Position numbers and translations under genes: made by a program. A stretch of DNA of 57,000 nt, the filler included, from Bipalium vagum (Eukaryota): assembly GCA_037834085.1 (NCBI GenBank). It is 3 parts of 3 records of this genome, joined end to end, with 100 filler letters (N's around TTAATTAATTAA, not from the genome) between each part and the next. Parts side by side here need not be neighbours in the genome. Positions count along the whole stretch, not along the records: positions 17,172 to 34,532 come from JBBMKC010069546.1; positions 34,633 to 57,000 come from JBBMKC010222457.1; 1 more part is not named here. One strand, 5' to 3'. Numbering within the stretch: position 1 is the first letter of the stretch; the number at the start of each line of letters is the position of its first letter. Shown here in pieces: positions 24,724 to 38,741 of the stretch. Under the pieces are notes generated by a model. The model was not told the DNA's origin and searched no databases. It was given only the letters and a program-made list of their open reading frames with translations.

Positions 24724-24939
24724 TATAATATATATATGTGTGTAGTAAACAGAAAAATATGTCTTAGACCTATACTATTATTATTTGGTAATCCAAAAGT
24801 TCGTGCGGTTATTCTGATACAGTCTATGACAATATACTTTTTTAATTTTTTATTTATATGACTTATTTATATTTTGTTATTCGGGTTAGGTAATATTTTT
24901 TCTGCTGAGTAAACAGTTCATAAATTCTGCAATACGATA

Positions 24940-25299
24940 GTGCAGTATCTCATACTTCCTTTTCGTGACTTGTCTGCAAAACAAAAGAAACCATTTCTGA
25001 AGTACCATATTCACCTGACATGGCTTCATGTGACTTTCCTTACCCTCGACTATAGTCGCAACTTCGTGCCATGGGCATGAGTCAGTTAAACAGATTGAAA
25101 AAAATCGCTAAGGGTCTGGGTGATGAAGGCTATTTCGGAAATAGAATATAAAACGTGCTTCGACGATTGAAAAAATTGATGACACAAATGTGTTCAGTAA
25201 CTAGGTACTACTTTGAAGGATATACCATACTTTTTGATAAAAAAAGAAATATTTTGTGTTTTATTTGAAAATTCTCGAAACTTTTTGAACTCAGCAGTA
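24940..25299 (+). mobile_element. Mariner 3'-half remnant
   Basis: PYSPDMASCDF, KAISEIEYKTCFDD*K, HKCV and YYFEG; TIR-like end AAACTTTTTGAACTCAGCAG-TA. Confidence 0.75.
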
Positions 25300-26689
25300 T
25301 ATATTTTTAAAATATTAATTTATAATTTCAAAATCTGATTTATCAAAATGCGTGACAATTTCGATTTTCAATTAATATTTCCTAATATTCTAAATTACTT
25401 TCTTTAGGAATAGAAAATAATTTATACATTGTTTTCAGTTCAATTCTTCTTTATCAAGATGATTTCCGGTTGATTTTTAATGTCCAGAAAGGGTTAGGCT
25501 TAGTGTTTACATAGAAAATGAAAGAGTTATTTTATTTGCAATGAAAAATTTTTCTCTTCAACTTTTATTTTTGTCTCTGAAAATCTTAGACTGTCAAAAA
25601 ATTGGAAAAGTTTTTGTTTGAATCGTTAATAATTACTATCAGTGCATTACGTGATGAAGAATCCGTGAATTTGTTTATTTAAAAGAATTTTTCCATCAAA
25701 ATTTAATATTTCTAATTAACCAGAAAGAAGTCAACAAAATTTTCTATTAATGAAAAGATAATAAGGCATTATGGGGATACATAAAGAGACTATTATGCCA
25801 TTTAGATTTTTATTAATGATAAGATCCATGATGCAGTGGGAAAGATGTAGTATTTTTCAATTAATATTGTGGAATAAAATATCGTTATGAAAAGAGAATT
25901 TAGTATAGACTTTTCATAAAGGCGTTTTGAGTGTCATAAAAGGTTTGGATCTTTAAAAATACTAGATATTACTCTACCGGGTCTCATCTGTTTATTTTAT
26001 TATTAAATTCCAATTTATAACTTTAAATAATTTATTAATTTTCCATCATAAGTCTTTTATTTGTATTTTATGTCATCTTTTTAATGATTGCTTAATTTAA
26101 TATTTTTATCGTGTTTCCTTTCAAAATAAAATGAGTTTAAAATTGGAAAGTAATAAAATTTTGCGGATATAGAAAAATAATTAAGACCTTTAAACCAAAT
26201 ACATATTAATACATAATTTATCTGACTCCAAAAAATAAAAAACTTTTAAGGTGGAAAGTTTATTAGATCAATACATAATATTACAATAATAATCAAATCA
26301 ATATTATTTCTGGAACTCTCAACATAAACGATGCATTTGACAACTGCTAATTCACAAAAAATATCGTAACCAATGACATGTTAAAATTGAAATCCAGGGA
26401 CACATAGCTTCAAAGAAGAATTGTCAGGAAGTGTTGGACGTTTGAATAATTTAAAAAAGAGATAGTATTTGTATCTTAACCATATCCGGTAAAAATTATC
26501 TTGTGATCCTTCATAAGTCCCTTTTTTAGAACAATTTAGGAACATCCTCCAAAATACCGATCATCAAAAAAATGCCTAGTAGACTACACATCTTTTAAAG
26601 AATGGCTTCTAAATCAATATATTCCAGAAGTTTAAAATTATTTAACATCTAAAAATCTGCCTGTTAAATCATTAGTACTTGTAGATAAG

Positions 26690-27395
26690 AGTCTTTTAGC
26701 TCACTCTGGTCGTTTTATTTTGAATGTATCGCGTAACAAGCAATTGTTGATAACGATAACCAGTATGATCTGACCAAGTTGTAATAGCTCGTAGTACAAC
26801 ACATTCTTCTGATTCAACCATATGAACAGTAATGGTTTCTTACCGTGAATATTGCGTTTTGCTATCAATTATGAGGGTTTACTTGAGTCACACGAAGATT
26901 TTCGACGTTTTGGATTCTCGAAATAAATCCATTTTTCGTTCCTATGCGATGCAGAAACGATTTTCTGCTGTGCTTATCCATCAATTTTCCACAAGTTGTT
27001 TTCGCTTTTCTTTGTTTCGCTCATTCAATTCATATGGTATCCATTTTCTTTCTTCTGATTATTCCCCATTGCTAGTAGTCGATCAGAAATTGCTTATTAG
27101 CTAACATTTAAAGCATATGCAAGTTGTTTTTGACTTTGTGTGGTCTTCATCCAACAATGCGTCCAAATCTGCATCTTCGAATTTTTTCGGTTGAGTGGGA
27201 TGCTCGTAATCTTGCACATTGCAATTTCCTTTTTTGAATCGATCTAACCAATGTTCACATGTTTTTTGGATATAGTTTGTCATCATAAGTGTTCAGAATA
27301 ATACGATAACTCTCTGCTGCTTTTTTCTTTTGGAGATAAAGAAACATTAAAACGTGCCGCAAATGATATTTATTTATCTGAAATTTAGACACATC
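26690..27395 (-). mobile_element. Decayed mariner (mauritiana-like), 5' two-thirds
   Basis: HLRHVLMFLYLQKKKAAESYRII, TCEHWLDRFKKGNCNVQDYEHPTQPKKFEDADLDALLDED and IWLNQKNVLYYELL. Confidence 0.85.
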
Positions 27396-27585
27396 AATTG
27401 ACAAGAATTATACATTATACTCACTTTTATGATCTCAGACATACTTTTAATTAAAGCGCGTAAAAAGCAGTATATAAACAAGTGTATATTAATATTAAAA
27501 TAATTTATATTATGTAATACATGGAATAATTGTTTATTAAATTATAATTCTCAACTTTTACACTAATATATTCATCTAATGATAG

Positions 27586-27930
27586 ATTTTTATTGGATTT
27601 AACAAATGATCAATTCTATGCTGAAAATGAAATGGGAACATTATTAAATGCGCCATGTCCAGAAAAATTTGAGACTACACTTGATGTTATGGAATGGGCT
27701 AAAGGAGAAAATAAGTATAGTAGATTTATAAATGAAGATGGCTACGAAGAAGTTTGGGATGAAAATTGTAATGATATTAATGTAAATGAATTAAATATCC
27801 ATAACGTGATTGATACCCTTAATTTGTCAATAGAGTAGTCGGAGAGTGTAAATCTTTCAGTTCAAGAAATTCTTCTTCTAAGAAGAATTCGAGAAAAAGA
27901 TATTAATAAAGAACTGAACCTACTAATATA
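27586..27930 (+). mobile_element. pogo/Tigger-like transposase C-terminal remnant
   Basis: Acidic stretch followed by HNVIDTLNLSIE*SESVNLSVQEILLLRRIREK, resembling Tigger/CENP-B-family C-terminal helices; internal TAG. Confidence 0.45.
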
Positions 27931-28441
27931 TGATAATCTTTGGTTTTCCATATATTTTTTCTTGTGTATTACAATGTTTTAAAATGTTTTTAATATACCA
28001 ATTTCGACATAAGCAATATTTTCTTATAAGCAACTTTTTTAAAAAATTGATGTCAGGTTTGGTGGCCATATCGAATGCACACTGTATCATGATGACTTTC
28101 GAAGCAACCTTTCGATCGCCAATTCAAAAAAAGAAAATATTTTTGCTAAAATATAACTTCTTTTTTTTCCATATCCAGCTCTGTGAGCTATTTATATGGT
28201 TGCAAGCATCCAATAGGACCTCATAAAGCTGCTGCATTAGCTGCCTCCCCAATCATGAAAAGAACTTTCATCTCCAGTAATCCGAGATTTTCGGTGAAAT
28301 TTAGCTCCTGGGCCTAGATTTTGATTTTTTTAAAATCCCTATGCGGTAAAAAAAATAATTTTCCTGTTTTGTTCAGCTTTGTCATTAATCAACTAATGTA
28401 GTTGAACTGCACAAAATATATTTTTTTCTTATCAATATTTA

Positions 28442-28513
28442 TTTTTAATATTTTTAATATTTTTAATATTTTTAATATTTTTAATATTTTTAATATTTTT
28501 AATATTTTTAATA
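28442..28513. repeat. Tandem repeat (TTTTTAATA)x8
   Basis: Eight exact 9-mers. Confidence 0.95.
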
Positions 28514-30599
28514 TTTTTTTTATTATTAAAAAAATATTTTTTAAGTTATTAAGATTAAATTATTTATTATTTATAGTTAACTTTATTATTTTCTTATTGA
28601 TCTTTATTTAACAAAATGTCAAATAGGAAGTTGTAGGAAAAAAAATAGTCAAAATCTGTCGAAAAACTGTTATTTGCGTTTAAGTATCAATTTTACCAAA
28701 TGATAAATAAAAATAATTTATTTTAATTAAGAAAAAAATTATTTAATTTGAAAGTTTTGTTTAAAATTGATAAGATGAAAATTAAGATATTTTTTAAAAA
28801 TAGAAAGACAGAATTAAAAAAAAATTTCTCCTTCTTACCAGATTTTAAAGAAAAATAAATTTTTTGAACCTAAATAATTTGAGATAATACAAAGAGTTTT
28901 TTATTGCAACAATTAAATGGTGATAAATTTTATTACGAACAAAAAGATGTTTGAAAGAGAGAGAAAACAAAGAAAGACTTTCTTTTTATGAATGCAGTCT
29001 TTAGAATAATTATGCTAAAGAAAAGAAATCTTTGAATTAAGAATGAATATATTTTTCACATTGACATTTCAGCCATTTTTCAGTGAATTTTTCTAACAAT
29101 TTTTTGTGTTAATTTATAATAAATGTATTAGTGCAAGAAAATAGAATGTCCCCTACATATACCTTACTGAACTGTATCATAGTCTGATCAAATATTATTT
29201 TGATCACATTCCTTGTGTAAATATATTCAGTTTATTATCCAATTATATTTAATAACTTTTATGATATTTATCTTAATTTATATCTTTTTTCATTTCTAAA
29301 AATTAATTAGATATTAGCCTAATCAAATTTAGCCAATCCTTTTTTTCTTTAACTTGTATAATTAAAAGCATTCTGACGAATTTTTGTTAAATAATTAATT
29401 AATTCATTAATTATGAATATTTTTATTCAAGTAATTTTCGTTTAGGTTTGCGATAATCTGAATATTCCAATAATAAATTTGAGAGTAATTACTATGAAAA
29501 AATTATAAATATTTTTCTTAAATCAGAATTATTTTTATTTTTAATCACAAAATATCGATTTTCATATTATAATTATAATTTGTTTTATAATTTTAATTTA
29601 TTGGTATTTTATAGATAGTTTTATTATTACAGGTTTACATAGTAAAACCTATTCATAAATATATGATATAGTTTTGTTTACATATTACATTTTGAACAAC
29701 GAATTTAAAATATAAGAGTAATATGGATAATACTCATCTAAAAAAAGACAACCTATTACTTTTGATATTATTAAAAGGGTAAGAAGAGATTTCTGGAAAA
29801 TTAGTCTGGATTAAAAATCGGGAAAGTCGAGTTACAGTTAACCATTCCAAAATTTCCATATTTCCTATTATTCATATTATTAATCAAATATTCGAATTAT
29901 TTCTTAATAATTTTTCATAATTTTCAAATAATTTATTAAAAATTTTAAAAACGTCATTGTTCATAATAAATTCATTAAGAATATTTTTTATCTTTTTAAT
30001 TTCCTCTAATAGTTCAGGGAGAAGATCTTGTGAGTCGAGTTAGTAATGGCAGTTATAGTTATTCCTGCCGTTAACCAGCGATTTAGTTGAATTTGAACAC
30101 TTACATTTACTCATTTCAAGAATTTATTTATTTACATTCTGTTTTATGTGTTATATATGTCTTAATAAATAGTTTTTAATATATTTATGCATAAAGCTGT
30201 ATTATTTTTATAATTATGATTATTTTTAAATTTTTACTATTTTTTTAATTTTTATTATTATTATTACAAAAATTACTTTTTAAGTTTATAGCAAAAATGT
30301 GATTATATTATTTTTATATTTATTTTATTATAAATAAAAATATCAAATAAATCAATTTTATTGAAAATCATTATCAAAGTAAATTAAATATTATTAGAAA
30401 AGTGAAAATTTCTTAGAAAATAAATAATTATTAAATTCTCATAAAAATATTAAACTGTGTATCTATAAATAATATTATTAATTGCCAAAAGGAATAAATC
30501 AATTTATTAACTGACTTATTTCGAAGATATTTCCTTTTTCATATAGAAAAAAAAATTTTTTTAATATTTAAAGATTGTAAAAGATCTAATTTTAGTTAG

Positions 30600-31651
30600 G
30601 AGAAGATCCCCAGTGCGCTTTCCAGTTATATGATCAGTGTAGATTAAAGTGCTTAGATATAACAGGTAATAGTCAAGATCTCATTTTAAGAAAAAACCCT
30701 CATTTTTACCCCCAGTTTCCAATTGTTCCTGCATCAATTACATTCAATATTGTCAATTTTCATATCACATCACATCCAACTTACAAGCAGCACCATCACC
30801 GTTTTTGTCCCATCTCACAAAAATGGAATCATACAAACGCACCATTCATCTCTGTGATCAAGTGGTTCCCGATTTGATCCAATGGAGAGCAGTATTAAGA
30901 TTTACAAAGCCGCTCTTGTTTCATCATGTTAAAAAACTGTCGCTTATGTTACAGAATATTCAGAAGGTTCAACAAAGAACGTTTTCTTTTATAAATACTT
31001 TACAAAAACACATATCATCCGATCTCGAAAGATTAAACCATATCAAAGACAACTCCAGACTATGTGACCTTCCTGCAACACTTTATCTGTTAAATGTAAC
31101 ATGCACCTTGTTCCACAAAACATATGCCGATCAAAACAATTCCTTATCCCTTTGTCATAGAACTGTAGACGTCTCGGGATACTTCGAGTTAGCTATTATC
31201 GAAATCTTATTTTCCAGTAAAAATCTGCCTTTTTTCGATTCGACTTTCAGAAAAAAGTTGAATCAGCTTTCAATGTTGAATTTGGAATTTGTAACGAAAT
31301 CATCGAAAAACACTTGTATAAATAAAATCATCGAGAAAATGGGAGCCTACTATTCGCAACAAATCACAAATTCCATCTCAATGTTGGTGGATTATTCCCA
31401 CAAATGTCAGCAACTTCAGTCCGGAATTGTTTCTCTTAAAAATGTCTCGTCGGATATCATTACATCCATTCTTCAGAAACATCAGTCAAACGATGGATCA
31501 AGGTGATTATTGTCGATCTGATCAGTTTTACCTCTTGATCGAATCTTTTTCAGCTTGGTCACAGCTACCATCGATATTTTTACCAATCCCTATTCGATTG
31601 TCTCCAAGCCAATGTATCACAAACAGAATGCACTGTCAGTTTCCATTATCG
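30600..31651 (+). CDS. Three exons (30600[or 30596]-30665, 30716-31502, 31554-31651) of a large gene; polycystin-1-like (PKD1L) GAIN-region candidate
   Basis: 50-nt (30666-30715) and 51-nt (31503-31553) GT-AG introns join in frame: EDPQCAFQLYDQCRLKCLDIT/VSNCSC...QSNDGS/SLVTATIDIFTNPYSIVSKPMYHKQNALSVSII; donor GTATGA at 31652. Helical region followed by NPY...LSVSI resembles PKD1L GAIN text. The exons are well supported; the family call is an inference. Confidence 0.7.
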
Positions 31652-31871
31652 GTATGATATTTTCTTTTGAAACCTTTCATAATGAAGTTTAAATACAAAT
31701 TTCTTTTCCAATGAACCCATATACAATTTACCATTGTTTAAATGAATAAAAAGTATTAATTATTATAATTTTTAAGAGGAACAATATTTGGAGATATAAA
31801 TTTACATAAAATAATAAATCCGCTTTCATTTTTAATATTTCAGAATTTTAGGATCCAGACTAACATAATAT

Positions 31872-32012
31872 ACTATGGTGATGCAAAAGTTCGTGCTCAA
31901 AATTATATATTTATTTATTTACAAAAGTAACACTACTCTTCAAAATAAGGTTCACCAGCTTCAACAATTTTACGCCATCGATCTGCTAGCATTCTTATCT
32001 GGTCAAAAATCA
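31872..32012 (-). mobile_element. Mariner 3' terminus
   Basis: IRMLADRWRKIVEAGEPYFEE*; TIR-like GGTGATGCAAAAGTTCGTGC, similar to 24786-24808. Confidence 0.7.
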
Positions 32013-32249
32013 AAGGCATTTAATTATTCATTAATAATGATTAGTGACATTTATCGTGTATTATAATTGTGAAATAATTTGAATTGGGCTATAAAGAAAT
32101 TAATGGCAATTTTTATGACTTCATTTTTGCATTATGAATTGTTAAATGAAATTTTGTTTTATTAACATAAATTTGTTTATATCTTAAAGCGAAATCTTTT
32201 ACAAGGGTAAAGGAACAAAATTCTTAATAAAGAAAAATTATCTAAAATA

Positions 32250-33043
32250 TTGTAGGCATTTGAGATGAACAACATTCAAATTAGATCGGTGTTACTTTGT
32301 GAATAAAAAATGCTGCACAAACCGTTGAACAAATGAGTTCCACATGATTTGACAAGAAACAAAAATTATATCGTTTTAAGTTTTTGTCAGCACTTCTTTT
32401 GACCAACAAAAGGGAATCTTTCCTCGATCACATTGTGAAGGTATTAGAAATGTATCCTGTACGACAACCACCGACGTTCACACCAGTGGTTAGATCGACA
32501 TGAACTTCCTATTCCTACGTTGCACCAAAGGAAGGTTTTAGTGACTATTTTGTGGTGTTCCTCTGGTTTGATCCATTATAAATTCTTGAAATGTGATAAA
32601 ACAATTACCGCCATAATGTATTGTATGAAAATCGAAGAAATGCATCAAAAACTGAATTCCATCTATCCAGCCTTGGTAAATAGAAAAGACATATTGCTTC
32701 TCCATGATAATGTCAGTTCACATGCGTACATAATTCGAACCAGCATGATATTGAAATTCTGTCTCTTCCAGATCTCTCGCTTACTGATTATTATTTCTTC
32801 AAAAATTTGGACAATTTCTTCAGCGAGAGAACATTCGCCGATGAAGATACTGTCATTAAAGCCTTTGAAGATTTTTTAACATCTATAACTCCAGATTTTT
32901 GTTGAATTGGAATAAATAAGTGTGTGACTCGTTGAGAAATGTGTACGTTGTAATTGTTTGTATTTTGATAAATTATATTTTGTTTAAGCTGTTCATTTTA
33001 AGTCCAACATTAAAAACTGCTATTTGTTTCTTTACAACCGAAT
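32250..33043 (+). mobile_element. Decayed mariner, cecropia/Hsmar1-like
   Basis: *VPHDL, FLDHIV, ILYDNHRRSHQWLD and KVLVTILWCSSGLIHYKFL...LVNRKDILLLHDN; 3' TIR ending TTACAACCGAATA. Confidence 0.85.
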
Positions 33044-34532
33044 ATATTAAAAAGTTTGATTTAAATTTGATCATGTTAGCTAGAAGCCCACATTGATTCA
33101 TCCTCGAAGTTTATATTTTCTTTGAGGTATGACATAGAACTTTATCTTGGATAAAAATGACTTTGAACATGTCATTATAGTTAGGTCGAAACCATAAAAA
33201 AATTTTATTGAAAAATAAGTTAGTTTTAGACAATTGTAAAAAAATACTTGAGACAGCCGTCCAAAAGCTATTACATGGCTGGGGTTTTCTGACCTGTCAA
33301 TGCTTTTAGTATGATCTGGGACATTACTCACATATATCTGAGATATATCAATAATTTCTACTGTGTCGAACTTTATAATAGGTGAAATATTTCTCATCAA
33401 GGCAGTATAGAGCAAAATGCTCCCTTCCGTTTTTTCAGCATCAAAATGACCTGCTTATCTCTCAAATCTTGATACTTTGAGTGAATTTGTTTCCAACTGG
33501 TGTTTGATTATTGGTCTTAACTTTGAATCCAGGTCTTCTTTAATAAATGTTCTCACTATGAGTTCAAGGGACATTTTTCGCATTGACTTCATACGGTTAT
33601 AACTTATCCTGTTTTAGACTTTTATAACTAAATATTTTGTTTAAACTGACCTTTTTAGTGCTTTTCTGAACTTCAAGGCACCAAGTTTGATTTAATTTTA
33701 TAAACTCTTTTTTGATACACTTAAAATAAGAAGAAATCTCTCATACTTATTTTTAAACTTACAGTAAAATCTACTAAGGCTTGCCTTTTGTCGTTTATAT
33801 TTATCTAAAACGTAAAATCTATTTAAAAATTTTTTTGTTAAGTTTTTTCCTAAAAGGTTGACTTACAAGAACTTAACAAGATTTCGACTCTCAGAAGGGT
33901 TTACGGATGAACGTTAAGAACACTACTATCACAATAAAACAAATCGATCAATGTATGAATAACTAAGACAACACGTTTTAATAGCAAAATCTTAATTATA
34001 AATTATAGTTTACAAATTCAAATTACAAAGACGTATTTAGATTTGCGATGAGCACCAGAAATCTTTAATCACAGGCTTAGCCTAATGAGTTAAAGCCCTT
34101 AGAACGTTTAAGTAAGCTAGCGGCTGTGTAAACGTGAAAAATAAAAAAGAAGAAATAGGAGCAACAATAAAATTTAATTGATCGATGACAAGTGTCACGT
34201 ATTAAATTTGAAGGAGACGTTAATTAAGAATTCACGTCAATCTGTAAGGATTGCGCAAATTTGAATATTTAGTTTTATTTAACTTAATCGTCAACGCTTC
34301 TGTTCACACAGAGAGTAGACGTTATAATAAAGATAATAACAAATAACTAAACTGAAATTTACTTTTTGCTCTGATCTGGCGTTCGAAAACGTTGGTCTCG
34401 TTCTACTTTTCGTGATTTCAACTACTGAATTTATATGTCTCTTGTTGGGTGGTCACTGCGGTAGACTTGCGTTTCTATTTAAATTCGTGTGTGGTCTTTT
34501 CTCGTGTTCGTCGTCGTCGTCGAAGTAGTTTG

Positions 34533-34632
34533 NNNNNNNNNNNNNNNNNNNNNNNNNNNNNNNNNNNNNNNNNNNNTTAATTAATTAANNNNNNNNNNNN
34601 NNNNNNNNNNNNNNNNNNNNNNNNNNNNNNNN
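34533..34632. other. Assembly gap with artificial linker (44 N + TTAATTAATTAA + 44 N)
   Basis: Same 100-nt structure as 17072-17171. Confidence 0.97.
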
Positions 34633-34873
34633 TAATTAATAATTAAAATGCATGATTTTAAATTGGCCAGCGTATTAACTAAACCTTATTTTTCGCCAAA
34701 AGTTTATTTCTAAAGATTACAAGATTGGAGTCGAACCTCAACAAATGTCATTTTTAGTGGCATTTTTAACTTGCCTTAATTAATCTAAATTAATTACCCG
34801 CCTAATCTAAAAAACAATAAGTTATTAGTATAGATTTAACAAAATATATAGTACTATCAAGTTTTTAGTTTTA

Positions 34874-35070
34874 GGGATCATGTTTTTTGGCCCATTGAAA
34901 TGTGCATGTTTTATTTCGGCCCAATAACATATGTCATGTTTTTTTTATATTTAAGAATCACTATATTTTCTTAAACATTCATTAAAAATGAACAACGATA
35001 TAGCCAACATAGTAACAGGTTCCAGTGAAAATGCTATTTTATTTTTGAGAAAACATGGATTACTAACAGT
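34874..35070 (+). mobile_element. Possible Merlin-like element 5' fragment
   Basis: GG-starting end with repeated CATGTTTT...GGCCC units; MNNDIANIVTGSSENAILFLRKHGLL resembles Merlin transposase N-termini. Confidence 0.4.
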
Positions 35071-35995
35071 TGTCAGTAATATTTCCATTGTCTTGTTTGA
35101 AATTCAAAAGAGAAGCTCTGAATTTTTAAAGTTGTTATATAATTCACCTGTCACATTAATGAAAAATCTTACTATTAAAGTGAAAATAGAGAATTGGAAC
35201 AGAAAAGTCTTGCTTAGCTAAATCATATCTTCTTATTTTTATCACTAACCAGAATAGAAAAAACCTCTTAATTTCCAAGGAAACACAAAGACAGGAGGTG
35301 CACTGATTTTATAACAGAACTCTTGATAACATAACTTCAGAACTACACACTATGTAATCATTAAAGAAAACATATCAGTATGTTGTTTAAATACAACTTT
35401 TATCTTCTATTATTTTCCCAATATATATGACATCAGTTGCACAAATATAATTTTTCTCTGGGGTCGCACAATTTAGGCTGGAAAAATGAAAGAGATTCAA
35501 AACCGTAAAAACGTATTGTGTCAATTCTATATCGATGGACTTAACAATTAAACCAATCCTAGACACGCGCATCTTTCTGCATTTGACTATAAATGTTTTT
35601 TCTATTAAAAAAATTGTGTTGAAATGAAAATAATTATTATTTCAACCAAATATTTATTTCTGATAATTATTATTATTATCAGAAATCTTCGTTATTGTAT
35701 ATTCCAATGGTTTTTGCAAATTTGTTAAAATGAATCAATTAATTCCTTTTAGTAATGTTATTCATTTAATATTTTTACGATCTCAATTAAAGCGGATTTT
35801 GATAACTGTTCTCATTTATTTTCTCTGTTTAATAGGCTTTTTATCTATTTATTACTATTTTTTTGAGTTGTTAAGCTTAATATATTTTTTCAGATGTGCT
35901 GTCGTAAATGAGACCACAAAGAATATTAAATTGTATACTATGGATTTTTTTTATTGGAATTAGTTTGCACATTATTTTGTATCTGCTAATACCAG

Positions 35996-36087
35996 TTTTA
36001 TTAAATGATGATCAGTTCGAAAATAATTATTTATCAGTTAACAGGGAAGTAAAGGAGCTAAAGTCTGACCAAATTACTTTGAGATTA
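35996..36087 (+). CDS. Candidate internal exon of the PKD1L-like gene
   Basis: ccAG acceptor, phase-1 entry matching the 31651 donor, (V)LLNDDQFENNYLSVNREVKELKSDQITLRL, consensus GTAAGT donor. Confidence 0.45.
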
Positions 36088-36775
36088 GTAAGTGCTAATT
36101 TGTGCTCCATTTTCGGTGATAGACCATTTTTTTAAACATCAATAATTATTATAATTTTTTGTTACATATTTTCTTAACCATTTACATTTTATTACTTTTG
36201 TGAATATATACTATTTAATAAATTGGCATTATCCTGACTTTTATTTGATTGGAAAAAAGCGTGAAAAATAATCTGAATTTAATGAGTTGGAACTTGCATA
36301 AATTATTGATCATAACAACAAATTATGATTATTTATAACAATGTTTCTGATGTTTCGGTTTCCAAATACAGTGATTTTATTAATGCTGATTTTTTTTCAA
36401 TAATGTTGCTCCTTTTCAAAAATGATGAACTCTTATGTATCATGGAATATCGATTGATGTTAACATTACACGAAGCTAAGAAAGAACAGAATGTCCGAAA
36501 ATGTATTTGCACTTGTTTAATTTCAATGAAAATTTTATTAATTTTAATTTTAAAAAAGAATGACAAAATTGACCGTTTTTCTAAAAATCGTTAAATAATT
36601 ACAAATATAACAAAATTTTTAAATGCGAAAAGTTTGACAATTTTCTTTCTGATTTCCAATGCTGACCGGATTAGTCTCATTTTATGCTGGGACAATTATT
36701 CATTAGGTTGCTGTCACTATTCACATTATTAAACGAATCTGAGATACCAATTTAAGATATAAATTTGTTTTGAAG

Positions 36776-36910
36776 ATTGAAATTGGTTTATTACGACTAT
36801 CAAGATTGTCGAAGTAAATCAATAAGTAAAATGGTCGAAGCTCTATTTTAATGATACGACAAGACTTGTTTCGTGTGGGAATCCGTGTCACGAAAAGTGT
36901 TCAAAGTTGT
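36776..36910 (+). CDS. Candidate small exons (36776-36813, 36864-36910) of the same gene
   Basis: A 50-nt GT-AG intron (36814-36863) joins LKLVYYDYQDCR/NLFRVGIRVTKSVQSC; the GTAAGA donor is in phase 0, matching the 37734 acceptor. Confidence 0.45.
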
Positions 36911-37733
36911 GTAAGAGCCTATTTTTATACGTTTATTTATATAAAGGATTATAAAAATAAAAATTTATATTTATATAATTAAAAGTTTAATTAGTTGTGA
37001 ACGGTGATTAAGTCACAACGATGTTCGAGTTTTATAATTGTAAGGAGTGGTTCGAACAATTTGGATTTGCTTAGATTTTTTAAAATAAGGACCTCACGCC
37101 GAAATTAACAATTATTAAATGGTTTTTTATTTTTTAAAAATTGTATATGTTACGGTTTTTTTAATGTTTAAATAAATATTTTAAAAAATGTTGGTTAATT
37201 TAAAAAAAGTAAATAATTTAATTTTTAAAAATAAAAATTAAATATAATTAATTAAATTAAATTTTTTTAGATTTAATGAAATATATTATTATTGCCTTGA
37301 TCTTATATTATTTAAAATGACAACACAGGAATATAACTTGGCGACCACAATATAAATTAATAACAAATTATTATTATTATTAATATTAATATTAATATTA
37401 TTATTATTAGAGTAGGGGTTTTCAGTATTTTCATCATTAATATTATCCAAATATTGTAACGTGATACGGCTGTTAGGATGAGCAATCCTAATAAAACCAC
37501 CAAAAATTATCAGCCTCTGGATAAAACAGTTAATGCTATAAAATTATGTAAATATCATTCAACGAATTCTCATACTTGGAATGTCATTCTAAGAAAAATT
37601 GTGGAAATATTTTTATTCATCATTTTCCTTTCGTTGTGGCGAAATAATTAAATTTTTATTTATTCTAATTTTGTTAATTTATCATTTTAAAAAATCATTT
37701 GTTTTTAATGTTTTACGAGCCTTTACGTTACAG

Positions 37734-37997
37734 TCTCTGATAGAAAAATTGCGATCTCAATTTGTTGAAATCATTAGTTTCAATCCCAATCCAAATCAAG
37801 GCCCTGTACCTTTGAAAAGGAAAATCAACCAGTATTATTCATTGAATAGTTCATTTTTGAACTCGTCTATTTTTACTCAAAATTCAAAATCAATGAACGG
37901 ATCAGAATTATTACAGCTTTTGCATCGTATCAACGCGGAACAGAAAATATTAAATTTAGATTTATTTCCAAATCCTGAATTTGTTATTGTGATACAA
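37734..37997 (+). CDS. Internal exon of the PKD1L-like gene
   Basis: ttacAG acceptor; 88 open codons SLIEKLRSQFVEIISFNPNPN...LLHRINAEQKILNLDLFPNPEFVIVIQ; GTAATT donor in phase 0. Confidence 0.6.
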
Positions 37998-38595
37998 GTA
38001 ATTTATTTATATTATAATTATCGATCATATTTTTTTTATACTTTATAATTATTATAAAAATTATAAATTATTAAATAATGAATTTTAATTCTAATTTTTA
38101 AAATTGAAAAAAAGAATAATTTTAAATTAAAAAAAGTAAAAGTGAAATATACTGCAAACTTTTCGTTATCATATGAAATTTACTTCAACATAATTTATAT
38201 CAATTTTTATTATTTAATAATAAATAATTCATTATATAATATTTACCTTTATTTTAATTGTTGTAATATATAAAAACTTCATTATAAATAATTAATTAAG
38301 GTGAAATTTATTTCAGTTGTGGATTTTTAAGGACGAACAGTTCCTATTTTTTATCCGAAATTCTAATATTGATTAAAAATTTTTATTAGTAGGTGAAAAT
38401 GAAAAATTACATAGTTATAATATTTTTATTTATGATTATATTTAATATAAGCTATTTTTTTATTAGGTTGGTAAGAAAATATCTGCTTTTTTATATATTC
38501 AACTTGACAATGACATGTTTTGAAAACATTTGTTTGAACGCACTAATTTGTATGCCATTTTGAAAGCCCAGAAATTGTTGTATATTTCCATAGGT

Positions 38596-38741
38596 NNNNN
38601 NNNNNNNNNNNNNNNNNNNNNNNNNNNNNNNNNNNNNNNNNNNNNNNNNNNNNNNNNNNNNNNNNNNNNNNNNNNNNNNNNNNNNNNNNNNNNNNNNNNN
38701 NNNNNNNNNNNNNNNNNNNNNNNNNNNNNNNNNNNNNNNNN
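38596..38741. other. Assembly gap (146 N, no linker)
   Basis: N run. Confidence 0.98.

Noticed and set aside
30013-30029. Micro-exon (AG|TTCAGGGAGAAGATCTT|GTGAGT) possibly upstream of the PKD1L-like exons
   Set aside because: Good donor but too short to support without transcript data.
7231-33610. Stop-codon reassignment (TAA/TAG as sense), suggested by several near-ORFs that continue past stops
   Set aside because: The 346-codon GPCR and several hundred codons of spliced exons contain no in-frame TAA/TAG, which would be very unlikely in so AT-rich a genome if they were sense codons.
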